DNA from: Macrostomum lignano
Lineage: Eukaryota
Direction of reading: 5' to 3'
DNA: 64,000 bases
Assembly (NCBI GenBank): GCA_002269645.1
Contig: NIVC01003776.1
Coordinates: 13,391-77,390 of the forward strand
Each line of letters begins with the position of its first letter. Positions within the stretch are counted from its first letter, which is position 1. The notes beneath the pieces are model-generated. The model was not told where the DNA came from. It did not search any database and saw only the letters and a list, made by a program, of their open reading frames with translations. Below are positions 13,501-25,900 of this stretch, in pieces. The position numbers and the translations under genes were made by a program.

Positions 13501-16500
13501 TGTGAACCGCACACTAAGTGCATTAGTGATTGGGTATGAACCGCACACTCTGTGCCTTGGTGGTTGGGTGTGAACCGCACACTCAGTGCATTGGTGATTG
13601 GTGTGAACCGCACACTCAGTGCATTGGTGATTGGGTGTGAACTCTTAATGATTTTTAGAAAGAGAAGAATAATTTTTCAACTGGTTTTGCGCTCTTTGAT
13701 TCAATCTTCGTGAGCAAAGCATCATGAAATTAGACGAAACAAATTGTGTAATTATATTTAGAGATTAAAAACACACGTATTTAAACAGGCAACAAAATGC
13801 AGCCCTGGTTAGCAGACTTGGCTACCTGGTTAATCAAGAAGACGATGCCACTGCAGCATTGGTGACTCAGCGATTCAACTTCATCCGAGCTCTGGAGTCC
13901 GGCCGCCAACTTGCCAGAGACATTGGCGGCTCAGATCCGGAACGAATGTCGCCTGGTCGCATTGCGGATCGACTTGCGTCGGAATTTGGCGTCGTTAGCA
14001 ACGGTCCAGTTGTCATGGAGATTGAAGAATCAATTAAGCCGGAGAAATATCCGTTAATGGCGGCTGTAGACAGAGGCAGCGTTGAGAGGCACCGTGGAAA
14101 GGTGGTACACCTCACCTATGAGGGCGAGCTGAATAGTCTGGTAAATTATTAATTACAATACAATCTTTTCATAGCAACAAAAATTTATGCTGTCTTATAA
14201 GTTTGGCTGTTAAATCTGCTTTCATACTTGCGTTGCAGTGGGAGCTGATATGATAAGTCAGCTTCTACCCTCTCTCGGTCAGCTTCTACCCTCTCCCAGT
14301 CAGCTTCTACCCTCTCTCGGTCAGCTTCTACCCTCTCCCAGTCAGCTTCTACCCTCACTCGGTCAGCTTCTACCCTCTCCCAGTCAGCTTCTACCCTCTC
14401 CCAGTCAGCTTCTACCCTCTCCCACTCAGCTTCTACCCTCTCCCAGTCAGCTTCTACCCTCTCCCATTCAGCTTCTACCCTCACTCGGTCAGCTTCTACC
14501 CTCTCCCATTCAGCTTCTACCCTCTCCCACTCAGCTTCTACCCTCTCCCAGTCAGATTCTACCCTCTCCCATTCAGCTTCTACCCTCACTCGGTCAGCTT
14601 CTACCCTCTCCCAGTCAGCTTCTACCCTCTCTCGGTCAGCTTCTACCCTCTCCCAGTCAGCTTCTACCCTCTCTCGGTCAGCTTCTACCCTCTCCCAGTC
14701 AGCTTCTACCCTCACTCGGTCAGCTTCTACCCTCTCCCAGTCAGCTTCTACCCTCTCCCAGTCAGCTTCTACCCTCTCCCACTCAGATTCTACCCTCTCC
14801 CATTCAGCTTCTACCCTCTCCCAGTCAGCTTCTACCCTCTCCCAGTCAGCTTCTACCCTCTCCCAGTCAGCTTCTACCCTCTCCCACTCAGCTTCTACCC
14901 TATCTCTGTCCGTCAGAAATGATTCGAAAGCAGCTCCCTGCTCCTCGCAACCATCCCACAGGCCGATGCCGCTGACTGCTCGCACGTGACACTCCTTCTA
15001 GCTGGCAAAGGCGTCACGTTCGATACTGGTGGACTGAGCCTAAAAACCGGTGGCAGCATGGTCGGCATGCACCGGGACAAGTGTGGTGCAGCAGCGGTTG
15101 CCGGCTTGTTCAGCCTGCTTGCCCAGCTGCGTCCGCCAAATCTGACGGCTCGCTGCAGCCTCGACCTGGTGCGAAACTCCATCGGGTCAGGGAGCTACTC
15201 GCCCGACGAGGTCATCGTCAGCCGGGCCGGTCGTCGAGTTCGCGTGGTGAACACCGACGCCGAAGGCAGAATGATTCTAGCTGATCTGCTGTGTCTGCAG
15301 CGTGAGCGAGCGTTGGAGCTTGCGGAACCGAGCAGAGCCAGGCTGTTTACCGTGGCGACCCTCACTGGCCACGCTGTGCTAGCCTACGGCCAGGGATATT
15401 CCATAGCGATGGACAATGGGCCGGCAAGAAGGCTCGGAGTGGCCGCAAAGTTACAAGCTGCTGGCGATCTAATTGCCGATCCGTTTGAGGTGGAAATGCA
15501 AAGTCAATTTTTTATTCGTTAATTTTTTCTATTAGAGAAACTGCTCGCTGATTTGTTAAGAAGATAACTGATCGCTGATTGGTTAAGAAGAGAACTGATC
15601 GCTGATTGGTTAAGAAGAGAACTGATCGCTGATTGGTTAAGAAGAGAACTGATCGCTGATTGGTTAAGAAGAGAACTGATCGCTGATTGATTGAGAAGAG
15701 AACTGATCGCTGATTGGTTGAGAAGAGAACTGATCGCTGATTGGTTGAGAGGAAAAATGATCGCTAATTGGCTGACAACAGAGCTATATTCGACTACTTT
15801 ATGAACCCTCGCTATTTAGATTTCCACTGTCAGACGCGAAGACTGGGACTTTGTTCGGTCATCAGGTCCATACGAGGAGCTACTGCAGTGCAATCCGCAA
15901 CCCAGTGCAGCCACCCGCGTGGCCATCAATTTCCGGCCGCATTCTTTGCCGCAGCTTCCGGTTTAGATAAGGTACAGATATTGATTAGCGTAATAACTGA
16001 ATTGCTTCGACAGTATTGTAGTTATATAGTTGCAAAATCTTGAATTATAATTTGAATGTATATATGAAGCTACGGTCGGAATTCCAGTACTTCGTGTACT
16101 CGCTTGACCGTACGCTTAAGCGAGACGTTTTTAAATTGGGTAATTGACGTAAGTGGGCGTATATCAGATGTGTTTATTGTTAAACTTAGAAATTGGTAAT
16201 AAATACCTCGTGTACTTTGGTTGCAAGTGTGGCAAATATTAATATATATTATATTACGTGCAGTCGTGGTCCTGCCGTTCAAGCTATGGTTTTATTATAA
16301 TTATGCCTAGTGGATTTAACTGGTTTGATTTAGATAGTGGCTGCCTCCAGGTCCCTGATTTTCTCTAATTCTAGTACTTAGCGATCAAAGAATAAAAGAA
16401 GGAAACCAAAAATTTATTTACTAAAAGGATATAAAACCGGTAGCAGTCTTACTGTACCTAGTATTCCCCGACTTTATCCCCCGATGTTACCTCTTATTCT

Positions 16501-17219
16501 TTAAGTTCGAAGTTGGTTTCAAGACTAAAATTTGCTTGGAAAGGAACGACGTGTTTTCTCTCCTAACTGTAACTAACTAACTAGGTAAATCTGGCGCCTC
16601 AGCCATTGAGCAGGCTCTTACGCCACTAGAGATAATTTGGGTTCCTCTCTCATGCTTTCTCTCCTGCTTCACTTCACTTCACTTGATAAGTAATTCGGCG
16701 CCTCAGCCAATGATTAGGCTCTTACGCCACTAGATAAATGAGTATTCCAGCTGGGGAGTGTACTTATGTACACTGAGATCCTAATTGGAGCTAAGAGGAC
16801 TGTACAAAGGGCAAATGACAGATCAAAAACCTCCCCGAGGGACAGTGGCACGGGCTTCCTGACTGGTATGTTATAAGGATAGTTATAAGGAAGTCCCAAT
16901 TCGCGATCTAACTCCACCAAAATATTTTCCCTGGCTAGAACTACTGACAGTAGTTTAAAAGCATATCTGTTCTACTACATATGCATTTACCGGTATATAA
17001 AATAGTTTCGCAAATTAAAAAATCTGAGAAATTGTAAGTTTACAATCATTTATACCTTGTAAATTTCAGCACGGCACGGGCTCTAAAATTCCTCTGTCCT
17101 ACACTCACATCGACATTGCTGGCAGCGCCGGTCGAATGAAATCTACGCCGCCAACTGCCTCGCCTTTGCTGGCAGTCGCTATGCGCTACGTACTGCCTCG
17201 GTTGTCGCGCTGTGTTTGA
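10560..17219 (+). CDS. M17 leucyl aminopeptidase (W07G4.4/flatworm LAP-like), ~540 aa; one apparent 1-nt deletion in exon 5
   Basis: Exons 10560-10691, 10763-11084, 13803-14140, 14962-15489, 15820-15971, 17070-17219. Catalytic and metal motifs GKGVTFDTGG, MHRDKCGAA, NTDAEGR are intact. Also GRLVFAHTGPLNRDFDD, RDIGGSDPERM, RGHQFPAAF and YTHIDIAGS. The frame breaks at CCC 15914-15916. Confidence 0.92.
11935..13642. repeat. 34-bp minisatellite (ggtgattgggtgtgaaccgcacactcactgcatt), ~50 copies
   Basis: LAP intron 2; each unit has a GTGTG-aaccg-CACAC mini-hairpin; no unique spacers. Confidence 0.95.
14257..14900. repeat. 21-bp minisatellite (cagcttctaccctctcccagt), ~30 copies
   Basis: LAP intron 3; source of the QLLPSPS and ERVEADW ORFs. 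Confidence 0.95.
15535..15770. repeat. 27-bp minisatellite (aagagaactgatcgctgattggttaag), ~8 copies
   Basis: LAP intron 4; period 27 read directly (15601 vs 15628). Confidence 0.9.
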
Positions 17220-17661
17220 TTGATCGTGTCAATACAGTATATACAGTATATATAGGATTTCAACTGGACCTATGTAGTTCCGTTCGTTTTAAAGTTAAAT
17301 TTAATTCGAATCCCCGCTAATAAGGAAATTGGTATAGTAAATCAGTATTTAAAACACTATTATAACTAAATTTAAATATCCGGAAGTGCATTCCATTAGC
17401 TATATGGTAAAGTCTTTCTTGAAATTCCAACGCCATTATTATAGACGAACTACATTCCTAATTGCAAAATGATTATTAGGAGCCAAAGTGATTTGCCATT
17501 TTAATTTACAAGTTAATTGGTTAATAACTATTTGTGCTTTGTTCAAAAATATATTGATTCAGCAAATTTCTGTTACACGACTTAAATTATATCGATTTAT
17601 AATCCAAATTAGAGCCAAAATTTTTCGTTTCATTCGGAGTAATTTTTAGTTTAGTGTCTAT

Positions 17662-18185
17662 TATAGCTTTTTGCGTTCTAGTTTGGACTGCGGGCTTTTA
17701 ATTTGGACACAGAGTTGAGCAAAGCCCAGAGAATGCTGGCTAGTCTATGGCACAAACCAGAAGCAACTGACGGGCTTTTAAATTCGACAGCGGGCACAAA
17801 TTTGGACACAGAAGACAAGAAGATCAAAGTTAAGAACGACAGTAATCAGTTTTTGAGGGTAGGTTATGAATCTGTATATTTGACCCAAACATTGAACTTA
17901 TCCAAACCGTTAGATACAATTTTCTAAAACTTTAAACTTTAAGACTCTTGCATTGTCAGAGCCTGTTTCTTCCTTCTAAAAAACTCGTGTACTTTGTGCT
18001 CTGGCTCAAGAAGAAATATGCAAGAGAAAGGGGAAGGAAAAGACTGTCCAAATTTGTGCCCGCTGTCGAATTTAAAAGCCCGTCAGTTGCTTCTGGCTTG
18101 TGCCATAGACTAGCCAGCATTCTCTGGGCTTTGCTCAACTCTGTCCAAATTAACACCAGTCCAAACTAGAACGCAAAAAGCTATA
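17662..18185. mobile_element. Foldback/MITE with ~150-bp inverted arms, probably TA-flanked (Tc1/mariner-like)
   Basis: 17664-~17810 (tagctttttgcgttctagtttggactg...gggcacaaatttggaca) is the reverse complement of ~18044-18183 with few differences. The spacer is ~235 bp and TA flanks both sides. Confidence 0.8.
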
Positions 18186-18779
18186 TTAATTGTTATTATT
18201 TAATTTCTTTTTTGTTATTATTTTATCTATTGCCGCTAACCATTTTATACTCCACCAAATAATAAATCGTGGGCCCGTTATATAAAGCCTTTGCGTCGCG
18301 GTATCCTTAAGTTAATTTTAACTTACGTTGGCGCCGTGTCGTACCGGTAAATTTGCGTTCGGTGAAACTTTTGTAAGTCAGTTTGGCTTCTTAAGTTCCG
18401 CCGTTAATCTAGTAGGACAGGTCGGTCCTGTCGTAAGTCACTCTTTAGTTGCGAAAATGCACTTGTGCCGACTTCATTGAGTCAAAAACTTCGCATTTTA
18501 CTGTATATTTTGAGTAAATTTAAATATTGAAAAAATTAAACACTAGCGAAAATTGTTACGCTCGTAATTTAAAGTTTGAGTTGCAAGAAAAACCAATTGT
18601 GTTAAAGTCAGGCACGGTGGGAGTAGCTCCATGATACGCTGCCTTTCTGCTCGACCAGCAGCGGTGTCTTCAGCCAGTCAGTGGCTTCATTTTCAGCAGT
18701 CGCTTCCATGGCTAGCGGCTGATGTTCAGGTGGAAGTGGAATGGCTCTGCAGGCTACGGCTAAATTGTGGAGCACGTAG

Positions 18780-19145
18780 CATGCAACAATGATGTTGTAC
18801 ACCTGCAACAATGATGTTGCACACATGCAACAATGATGTTGCACACATGCAACAATGATGTTGCACACATGCAACAATGATGTTAAGTTGTACACCTGCA
18901 ACAATGATGTTGCACACCTGCAATTCAATGATGTTAAGTTGTACACCTGCAACAATGATGTTGCACACCTGCAATTCAATGATGTTAAGTTGTACACCTG
19001 CAACAATGATGTTGCACACCTGCAATTCAATGATGTTAAGTTGTACACCTGAAACAATGATGTTGCACACCTGCAACAATGATGTTGCACACCTGCAACA
19101 ATGATGTTAAGTTGTACACCTGCAACAATGATGTTGCACACATGC
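18780..19145. repeat. Composite minisatellite (gttgcacacctgcaacaatgat core with variants)
   Basis: Direct reading; produces the CNNDVAHL / ATMMLHT ORFs. Confidence 0.9.
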
Positions 19146-21462
19146 AACTGATGTGTTGTGCACTTTCACACAGTATCAGTGCACCTAGCCCTCCCAGCGG
19201 GTTGAGTCATCCCTGTTTGCACCCATGTTGTTTTCGTTTGTTATCACCCCCCTTCGCGTATTCCGCAGCCAGAGGCTTAAGTCGGTTTGTTTTTACTGGT
19301 ATGATTTTTCTCGCCCTGCGCTGCGATTGGTTGCGGCCAGCCCAGTAGTGTAGTGATTGGCTGACTCAAGGGGTTTGGTGCTGCCGGGCCCGCGCGGGGT
19401 GGTTGGCTGGGGGTTGGTGGGGTGGTGGGGTGGAGAGCGTGTACGTGGCCCTCCCCCTTCCACGGGCGTGCGCTATATTTAGCATCGCTCGCGGCGGGTT
19501 GGAGCGGTGTCCACCCTGCTCGGCTATCCCTCTCTCGAATTACTCCAAGTCACTTTAAGTCAATCAGCTCACTAGCTAGTCGGCTCCATATTGCCAAGGC
19601 TACGGCCATACGACTGTTTCAAACAAAATAAACGAAATGGCGTCATTAGAAACGCTCGGATCGTGAGGACCTGAGGCATTCTGACAATTTCAAAAAATGC
19701 ACGTGCTGACGCTGCTGCTGCTTGCTGATTGATTGGAAACGAAATGCAAATGGGTGCCCAATTTCCCGATCACTGCAATCGAGAGAGAGGGTCAAGTCTG
19801 TCTTTAAAAAATTGAAAAAAACAACACCTAGGTTATAAAAAGATAAAAATTAAATTGCCGGTTAAAGAGTTAGCTTTAGCGCAAAGTTTTTGTTGGACTA
19901 TACTAGATCTTATTCGACTATGAAGGCGCGGTCTATGAAGTAATAATATAGATAGTCACTTAAATTAGTATACACATGGAAGCACCAGGAGCAAACTATT
20001 AGGCTTGCCAGGCTTTTAACCTTTTTCTTCGGTTCACTCGAAGTAAAACCATTGGAAATCTCTAGCCTTTTTAGTTATTCGTCTATAGGAGCGAAGCAGT
20101 GCTTGCGAATTGCGAAGTTTCAAAGCAGTGTTTGCCGACAGCAGTAATTACAAAGCAAAACCGTTTTTGGGAAACGAGAAAAACAAGTGCTTACCTGAAA
20201 TAAAACGTGTTGTCGAGTGAGGAAAGGACCAAATTGCCCAGTGCCAGGGGGAGAAGGGGAGGGAGTCACCCAGGGAAATTAAGGCGCGCTGCATAGACAG
20301 ATCAGCGTGATGCATCAGTGAGTTGTGACAGACTGTGACCCCGCTGAAGGAAGCCGGGAAACCTCTCTCGTCATTGGTAGCCCCGTCTTGGAACAGTAGT
20401 CAGCAGTCTCTTGCGGCTGGGTCACTAAATTGCTCAAGGACCACTAGAAGTTACCGTTGTATCAGGACGCAACACTCGCAAATATTGCAGAATTAGTTGA
20501 AGGCAAGCTTGTTTACCTGTATGTAGCGATGCTTGCCTTAAAAAAACCATTCTACTCGACTGTTCTAAAAAAGCCTGCACCACATTTGGGCCTCAGAAGC
20601 TCCAGAATGGGTGTATTTACAATTTAGTAAGGCTTTAATCTGGTAAATCTACATATTTAAAGTATTTATGCCATTATATACAACCTTGCAACTCGTTTAA
20701 AAGTTGCTACGCTTTTATGTAGTCCTACTGCTACTAAATAGTTCAACAACGCATGAAAAATTTTTCAGATGGGCTTCTAATTAATTTACTAACAATGAAA
20801 AGTAGTTTAACCAATAATTCCATAAGCTTCAGCTGTCTTGACAAAGTTATGGGCCTCAACCCTAGTATGAAATACTGCGTACTGCCTTTAATTTACTGTA
20901 CGCCCGCCGCTTCTACATCTACTTCTACAAAAAAACAAAATTTTGAACAACCTGGCCAAAAAATTATCTTTCCAAGTGCATCCAGTCCGGAGTTTTTATG
21001 AGTATTTAAAGTTTAGCTGCAATGCAAACAAGCGGGCCTTCAAATAATTTTGCAATATTTGCCAGTGTTGCATCCTGATACAACGGTAACTTCTAGCGGT
21101 CCTTGGGGTTAAAATGCCGGCAAGGCGGTGCTAAAAGTCCTTTCTCATCAGAATCCTATATAGTCTATGGCCAGTCGGGGTGCCAACAGCCTCATTGAAT
21201 TCCCGCGAATCCAAATCGTCTATGGCCAGAGCCAGCTGACTCAGATGTACAGTTGCGTCTGTGACTGAGCCGAGCAACTCGGTCCCTTTTATACTACTGT
21301 TCCCAAGCCCAAAAATCTCTCAGAATTTCTGATTTCGTTGAGCTGGATTTGCCCTTTTAAAAAAACTTGACCACGCAGCACTAGGAGAAACAAGAAGCAT
21401 TTCTTAACAAGCTTAATAAAAGGTTGCGGGGATCAGCTGACCTTATCTGCCTCGACTTGAGC

Positions 21463-22854
21463 ATGTTACGAACGGTTCTGCTTCTGTTCTGCATGAGCGC
21501 AGCCATCTACGGCGCTCTGAGCTGCTCTTCCTCAAAGAAATGTGAGTAGCTTTTGTTGCTTTTGATTTGCGCTTTAGCTTGTGCGCATGCCCAGCTGCAT
21601 TCAGGATAATCCTGCCACTTTTCAGCTGAGCCTGATGCAGCTCCGGAAACCCAGGAAGACGCGAAAGAGGAGAGCGATTTAGGAAGTCCTGGTGAGATCC
21701 CAGACTAAAAGTTAAATAACAAATTTCTTACTTCAGTAGAGTAAAAAAATATTACTCCATTCCGTGACTGTCTAACAAATGAATTAACTTGCTAATTCCT
21801 GTCTTGACTGCTTCCACTTTACTCAGCATGTCAGAACAGTTCCCTCAGCATGTCAGAACAGTTCCCTCAGCATGTCAGAACAGTTCCCTCAGCATGTCAG
21901 AACAGTTCCCTCAGCATATCATAACAGTTCCCTCAGCATGTCAGCAGCATTCAGGATATACCTGCCACTTTTCAGCTCAGTCGGCTGCAGCTCCGGTAGT
22001 CAAGAAGGATCCACCGAAAGACGAGAGCACTTCCGAAAATCCTGGTAGGACGCCAGATTTAGTGTTCAATTGCAAATTTCTTGCTTCGGTAGAGTCATTA
22101 AGCTGGTATATAAACTGTCTCTATCAAACCATTTCAATTGTCTTCATTTCATTATTTACCCCACTTTGAAACAGATGCATTTTCCTCAGCATGTCAGAAC
22201 AGTTTCCTCAGCATGTCAGAACAGTTCCCTCAGCATGTCAGAACAGTTCCCTCAGCATGTCAGAACAGTTCCCTCAGCATGTCAGAACAGTTCCCTCAGC
22301 ATGTCAGAACAGTTCCCTCAGCATGTCAGAACAGTTCCCTCAGCATGTCAGAACAGTTCCCTCAGCATGTCAGAACAGTTTCCTCAGCATGTCACAACAG
22401 TTCCCTCAGCATGTCAGAACTTGTCATGTCATTTCTTACTTCAGTAGAGTAACTTCACCCTTGTCTGTGATCTGTCAATATCAAATCAATTTATCTCTTT
22501 TTCCTGCCTTACTGATCCCTGCAGTTTTAGCGAGATGCGTATCATCTCCTGCGCAATATCCCACATCTGTGTTCAACAATTCAATTCAAATTTACATACT
22601 GCAGATCACAATAGCAACTCATTTCAAGCACCTTCCGAGGCCAATGCGGCATTGCATATTACGGAAGAAAGGAGCACTCCGAGATCTCAAGGTGAGACAT
22701 CAGCTGCAAAGTTGACTTTTTAGACTAGCAATTATCCCTTACTTCTGTGACCTTCACTTGATAAACATTTAGATCATTGAGCTGGTTATCTGTCTGTTCA
22801 GTATGAGAAAGTTTCAGTTCCATTGTAGCCCTTTGTACTTTTACTTTCGCGATT

Positions 22855-22937
<83 letters not shown>

Positions 22938-25900
22938 TAGAGCTAATGTAATTCCCCAGCCGTCTACAGTTCCCCAGCTGTCTTCAATTCCCCAGCTGTC
23001 TACAATTCCCCAGCTGTCTACAATTCCCCAGCTGTCTACAATTCCCCAGCTGTCTACAATTCCCCAGCTGTCTACAATTCCCCAGCCGTCTACAGTTCCC
23101 CAGCTGTCTTCAATTCCCCAGCTGTCTACAATTCCCCAGCTGTCTACAATTCCCCAGCTGTCTACAATTCCCCAGCTGTCTACAATTCCCCAGCTGTCTA
23201 CAATTCCCCAGCTTTCTACAATTCCCTAGCTGTCTATAATTCCCTCAGCATGTCAGAACAGTTCCCTCAGCATGTCAGAACAGTTCCCTCAGCATGTCAG
23301 AAGAGTTCCCTCTGCATGTCAGAACAGTTCCCTCAGCATGTCAGAACAGTTCCCTCTGCATGTCAGAACAGTTCCCTCAGCATGTCAGAACAGTTCCCTC
23401 AGCATGTCAGAAAAGTTCCCTCAGCATGTCAGAAAAGTTCCCTCTGCATGTCAGAACAGTTCCCTCAGCATGTCAGAACAGTTCCCTCAGCATGTCAGAA
23501 AAGTTCCCTCTGCATGTCAGAACAGTTCCCTCAGCATGTCAGAACAATTCCCTCAGCATGTCAGAACAGTTTCCTCAGCATGTCAGAACAGTTCCCTCAG
23601 CATGTCAGAACAGTTCCCTCAGTATGTCAGAACAATTCCCTCAGCATGTCAGAACAGTTCCCTCAGCATGTCAGAACAGTTCCCTCTGCATGTCAGAACA
23701 GTTTCCTCTGCATGTCAGAACGGCTCCCTCAGCATGTCAGAACGGCTCCCTCAGCATGTCAGAACGGCTCCCTTAACATGTCTGCTGCCTTCAGGAAAAT
23801 CTTTCCACTTTTCAGCTGAGCCTGATGAAGCGCTGTCAGCCAAGGAAAATCCTCTGAAAGACAAAGACGTTTCGAAAAAGCCCGGTAAGACGCCAGATTT
23901 AAAGACTCCCTGTGCATGTCAGAACAGTTCAATTCAGCATGTCAGAGCAGTTCCCTCTGCATGTCAGAACAGTTCAATTCAGCATGTCAGAACAATTCCC
24001 TCTGCATGTCAGAACAGTTCAATTCAGCATGTCAGAACAGTTCCCTCTGCATGTCAGAACAGTTCAATTCAGCATGTCAGAACAGCTCCCTCTGCATGTC
24101 AGCTGCATTCAGGATATACCTGCCACTTTTCAGCTAAGTCGGCTGCAGCTCCGGTTATTAAGAAGGATCCACCGAAAGACGAGAGCACTTCCAAAAATCC
24201 CGGTAGGACGCCAGATTTAGTGTTCAATTGCAAATTTCTTGCTTCGGTAGAGTCATTAAGCTGGTATATAAACTGTCTCTATTAAATCATTTCAATTGTC
24301 TTCATGTCATAAATTATCCCACTTTGAAACAGATGCATTTTCCTTAGCATGTCAAGACATTTCCTTGTCCATGTCATGACAGTTTTGCATTAGCAGATCT
24401 TAGAATTAATTGTTCGCATGCACCCTGTAACTGATGCAAATCGCTATCATCAAACTCTGCTCAGTTTTGGTTTAATTGTCCCCAACTATTTCAGTCCAAT
24501 CTTTCAATGGTATTGGCTGCTACCTCACAACGAATAAAGTGAATAATGAAGTGAAACTGGAACTAAAGCAAAATATTAAAATGTCGCACCGCGTTTGCGC
24601 TCTTGAGTGTGCCAGGAAAAGTCCCTTAAAGAGATACAAATACTTCGGCCTCGCCAATGGAGAAAACTGCCTGTGTGCATCGGAACTGCCTAGGAACGCA
24701 ATCAAAGTCGATAACCCTGAAGTACATTGTTCGTATCGCTGCCCAGGAAATCACCTGCAATCGTGCGGTGGCGAGAATGCAGCAGCGTATTTCAGCGTCA
24801 GCACAACACTGTCTTCTATGAGAAAAGGTAATTAGATTGATTGACACAGAGCTAAGGCTGCTTATATTAGTGATGTTCTCAAGTAAAGTCCAATCACAAC
24901 TTTACCATTCCAGATAAATTCGAGCAGGGAGCGAAGGTCTATCCGGTTATTCCAGGTGAATTAAACTTGAAGCTTGTCAGTCGCATAATCTGTCTCATTA
25001 CAATTAACTATTATAATCTTATGCGGATCTCATCCGCATGCACTTGTGCTCACTTGTTATTCATTTTCATTTTTAGCTTCAGATTCTCTGAAATGCTACG
25101 AAAATCGTCGTAAATTGACAAAGGTGTTGCAAAGCGATGATGAGATGTCGCACCTTGTTTGCGCCTCCGAGTGTGTTAGGCGTGATCTCTACGGGAAAAA
25201 ATTCAAATATTTCGCCATCACCGATTCCGACACTTGCTTCTGTGCATCGACATTACCCACTTCAACGGAGAAAACAAAAAATACCTATTGTTCGTATCGG
25301 TGCCCAGGAAATCACAATCAGTCATGCGGGGCAGACCACAAGATAGCGTATTTCAACCTGAGCTCAACAACTGTTCCTCCAGAAAAAGGCAAGATTTTTG
25401 TCATATTACTGCCTGTGCATGAGCTGCTTCTGTTTCGAATGGAAACTGCTTTTCACAAACTACCAAAAGTTCCAAAGACGCTCTTCATATCCAGCTGTCT
25501 ACAATTCCCCAGCTGTCTACAGTTCCCCAGCTGTCTACAGTTCCCCAACTGTCTCGATTCCCCAGCTGTCTACCATTCCCTTGCTGTCTACAATTCCCCA
25601 GCTGTCTACAATTCCCCAGCTGTCTCGATTCCCCAGCTGTCTACAATTCCCCTGCTGTCTACAGTTCCCCAGCTGTCTACAGTTCCCCAACTGTCTACAA
25701 TTCCCCAGCTGTCTACAGTTCCCCAGCTGTCTACCATTCCCCAACTGTCTACCATTCCCCAACTGTCTACCATTCCCCAGCTGTCTACAATTCCCCAACT
25801 GTCTACCATTCCCCAGCTGTCTACAATTCCCCAGCTGTCTACAATTCCCCAGCTGTCTACAATTCCCCAGCTGTCTACAATTCCCCAGCTGTCTACAATT

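Noticed and set aside
11935-13642. CRISPR-like array (34-bp units with an internal hairpin)
   Set aside because: Units are contiguous with no unique spacers, there are no cas genes, and it lies in a spliceosomal intron of a eukaryotic gene.
14185-14985. 266-aa ERVEADW coiled-coil-like ORF antisense to LAP
   Set aside because: It is a 21-bp (7-codon) minisatellite inside LAP intron 3 with no non-repeat coding context.
10560-17219. Bacterial PepA or horizontal transfer of the aminopeptidase
   Set aside because: It has five spliceosomal introns and an N-terminal region of the animal W07G4.4/flatworm LAP type.
18267-18480. Harbinger-like MITE end (gggcccgttatataaagc...cttaagt)
   Set aside because: Only one end was found, with no matching TIR or TSD.
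19385-19435. G-quadruplex-forming tract
   Set aside because: A short irregular G-runs patch with no functional context; common by chance.
23250-24285. Long MSEQFPQHVRTVPSACQ ORFs as a repetitive protein
   Set aside because: The 22-bp unit cycles through all three frames; the real exons are the AG/GT-bounded micro-exons embedded in these ORFs.
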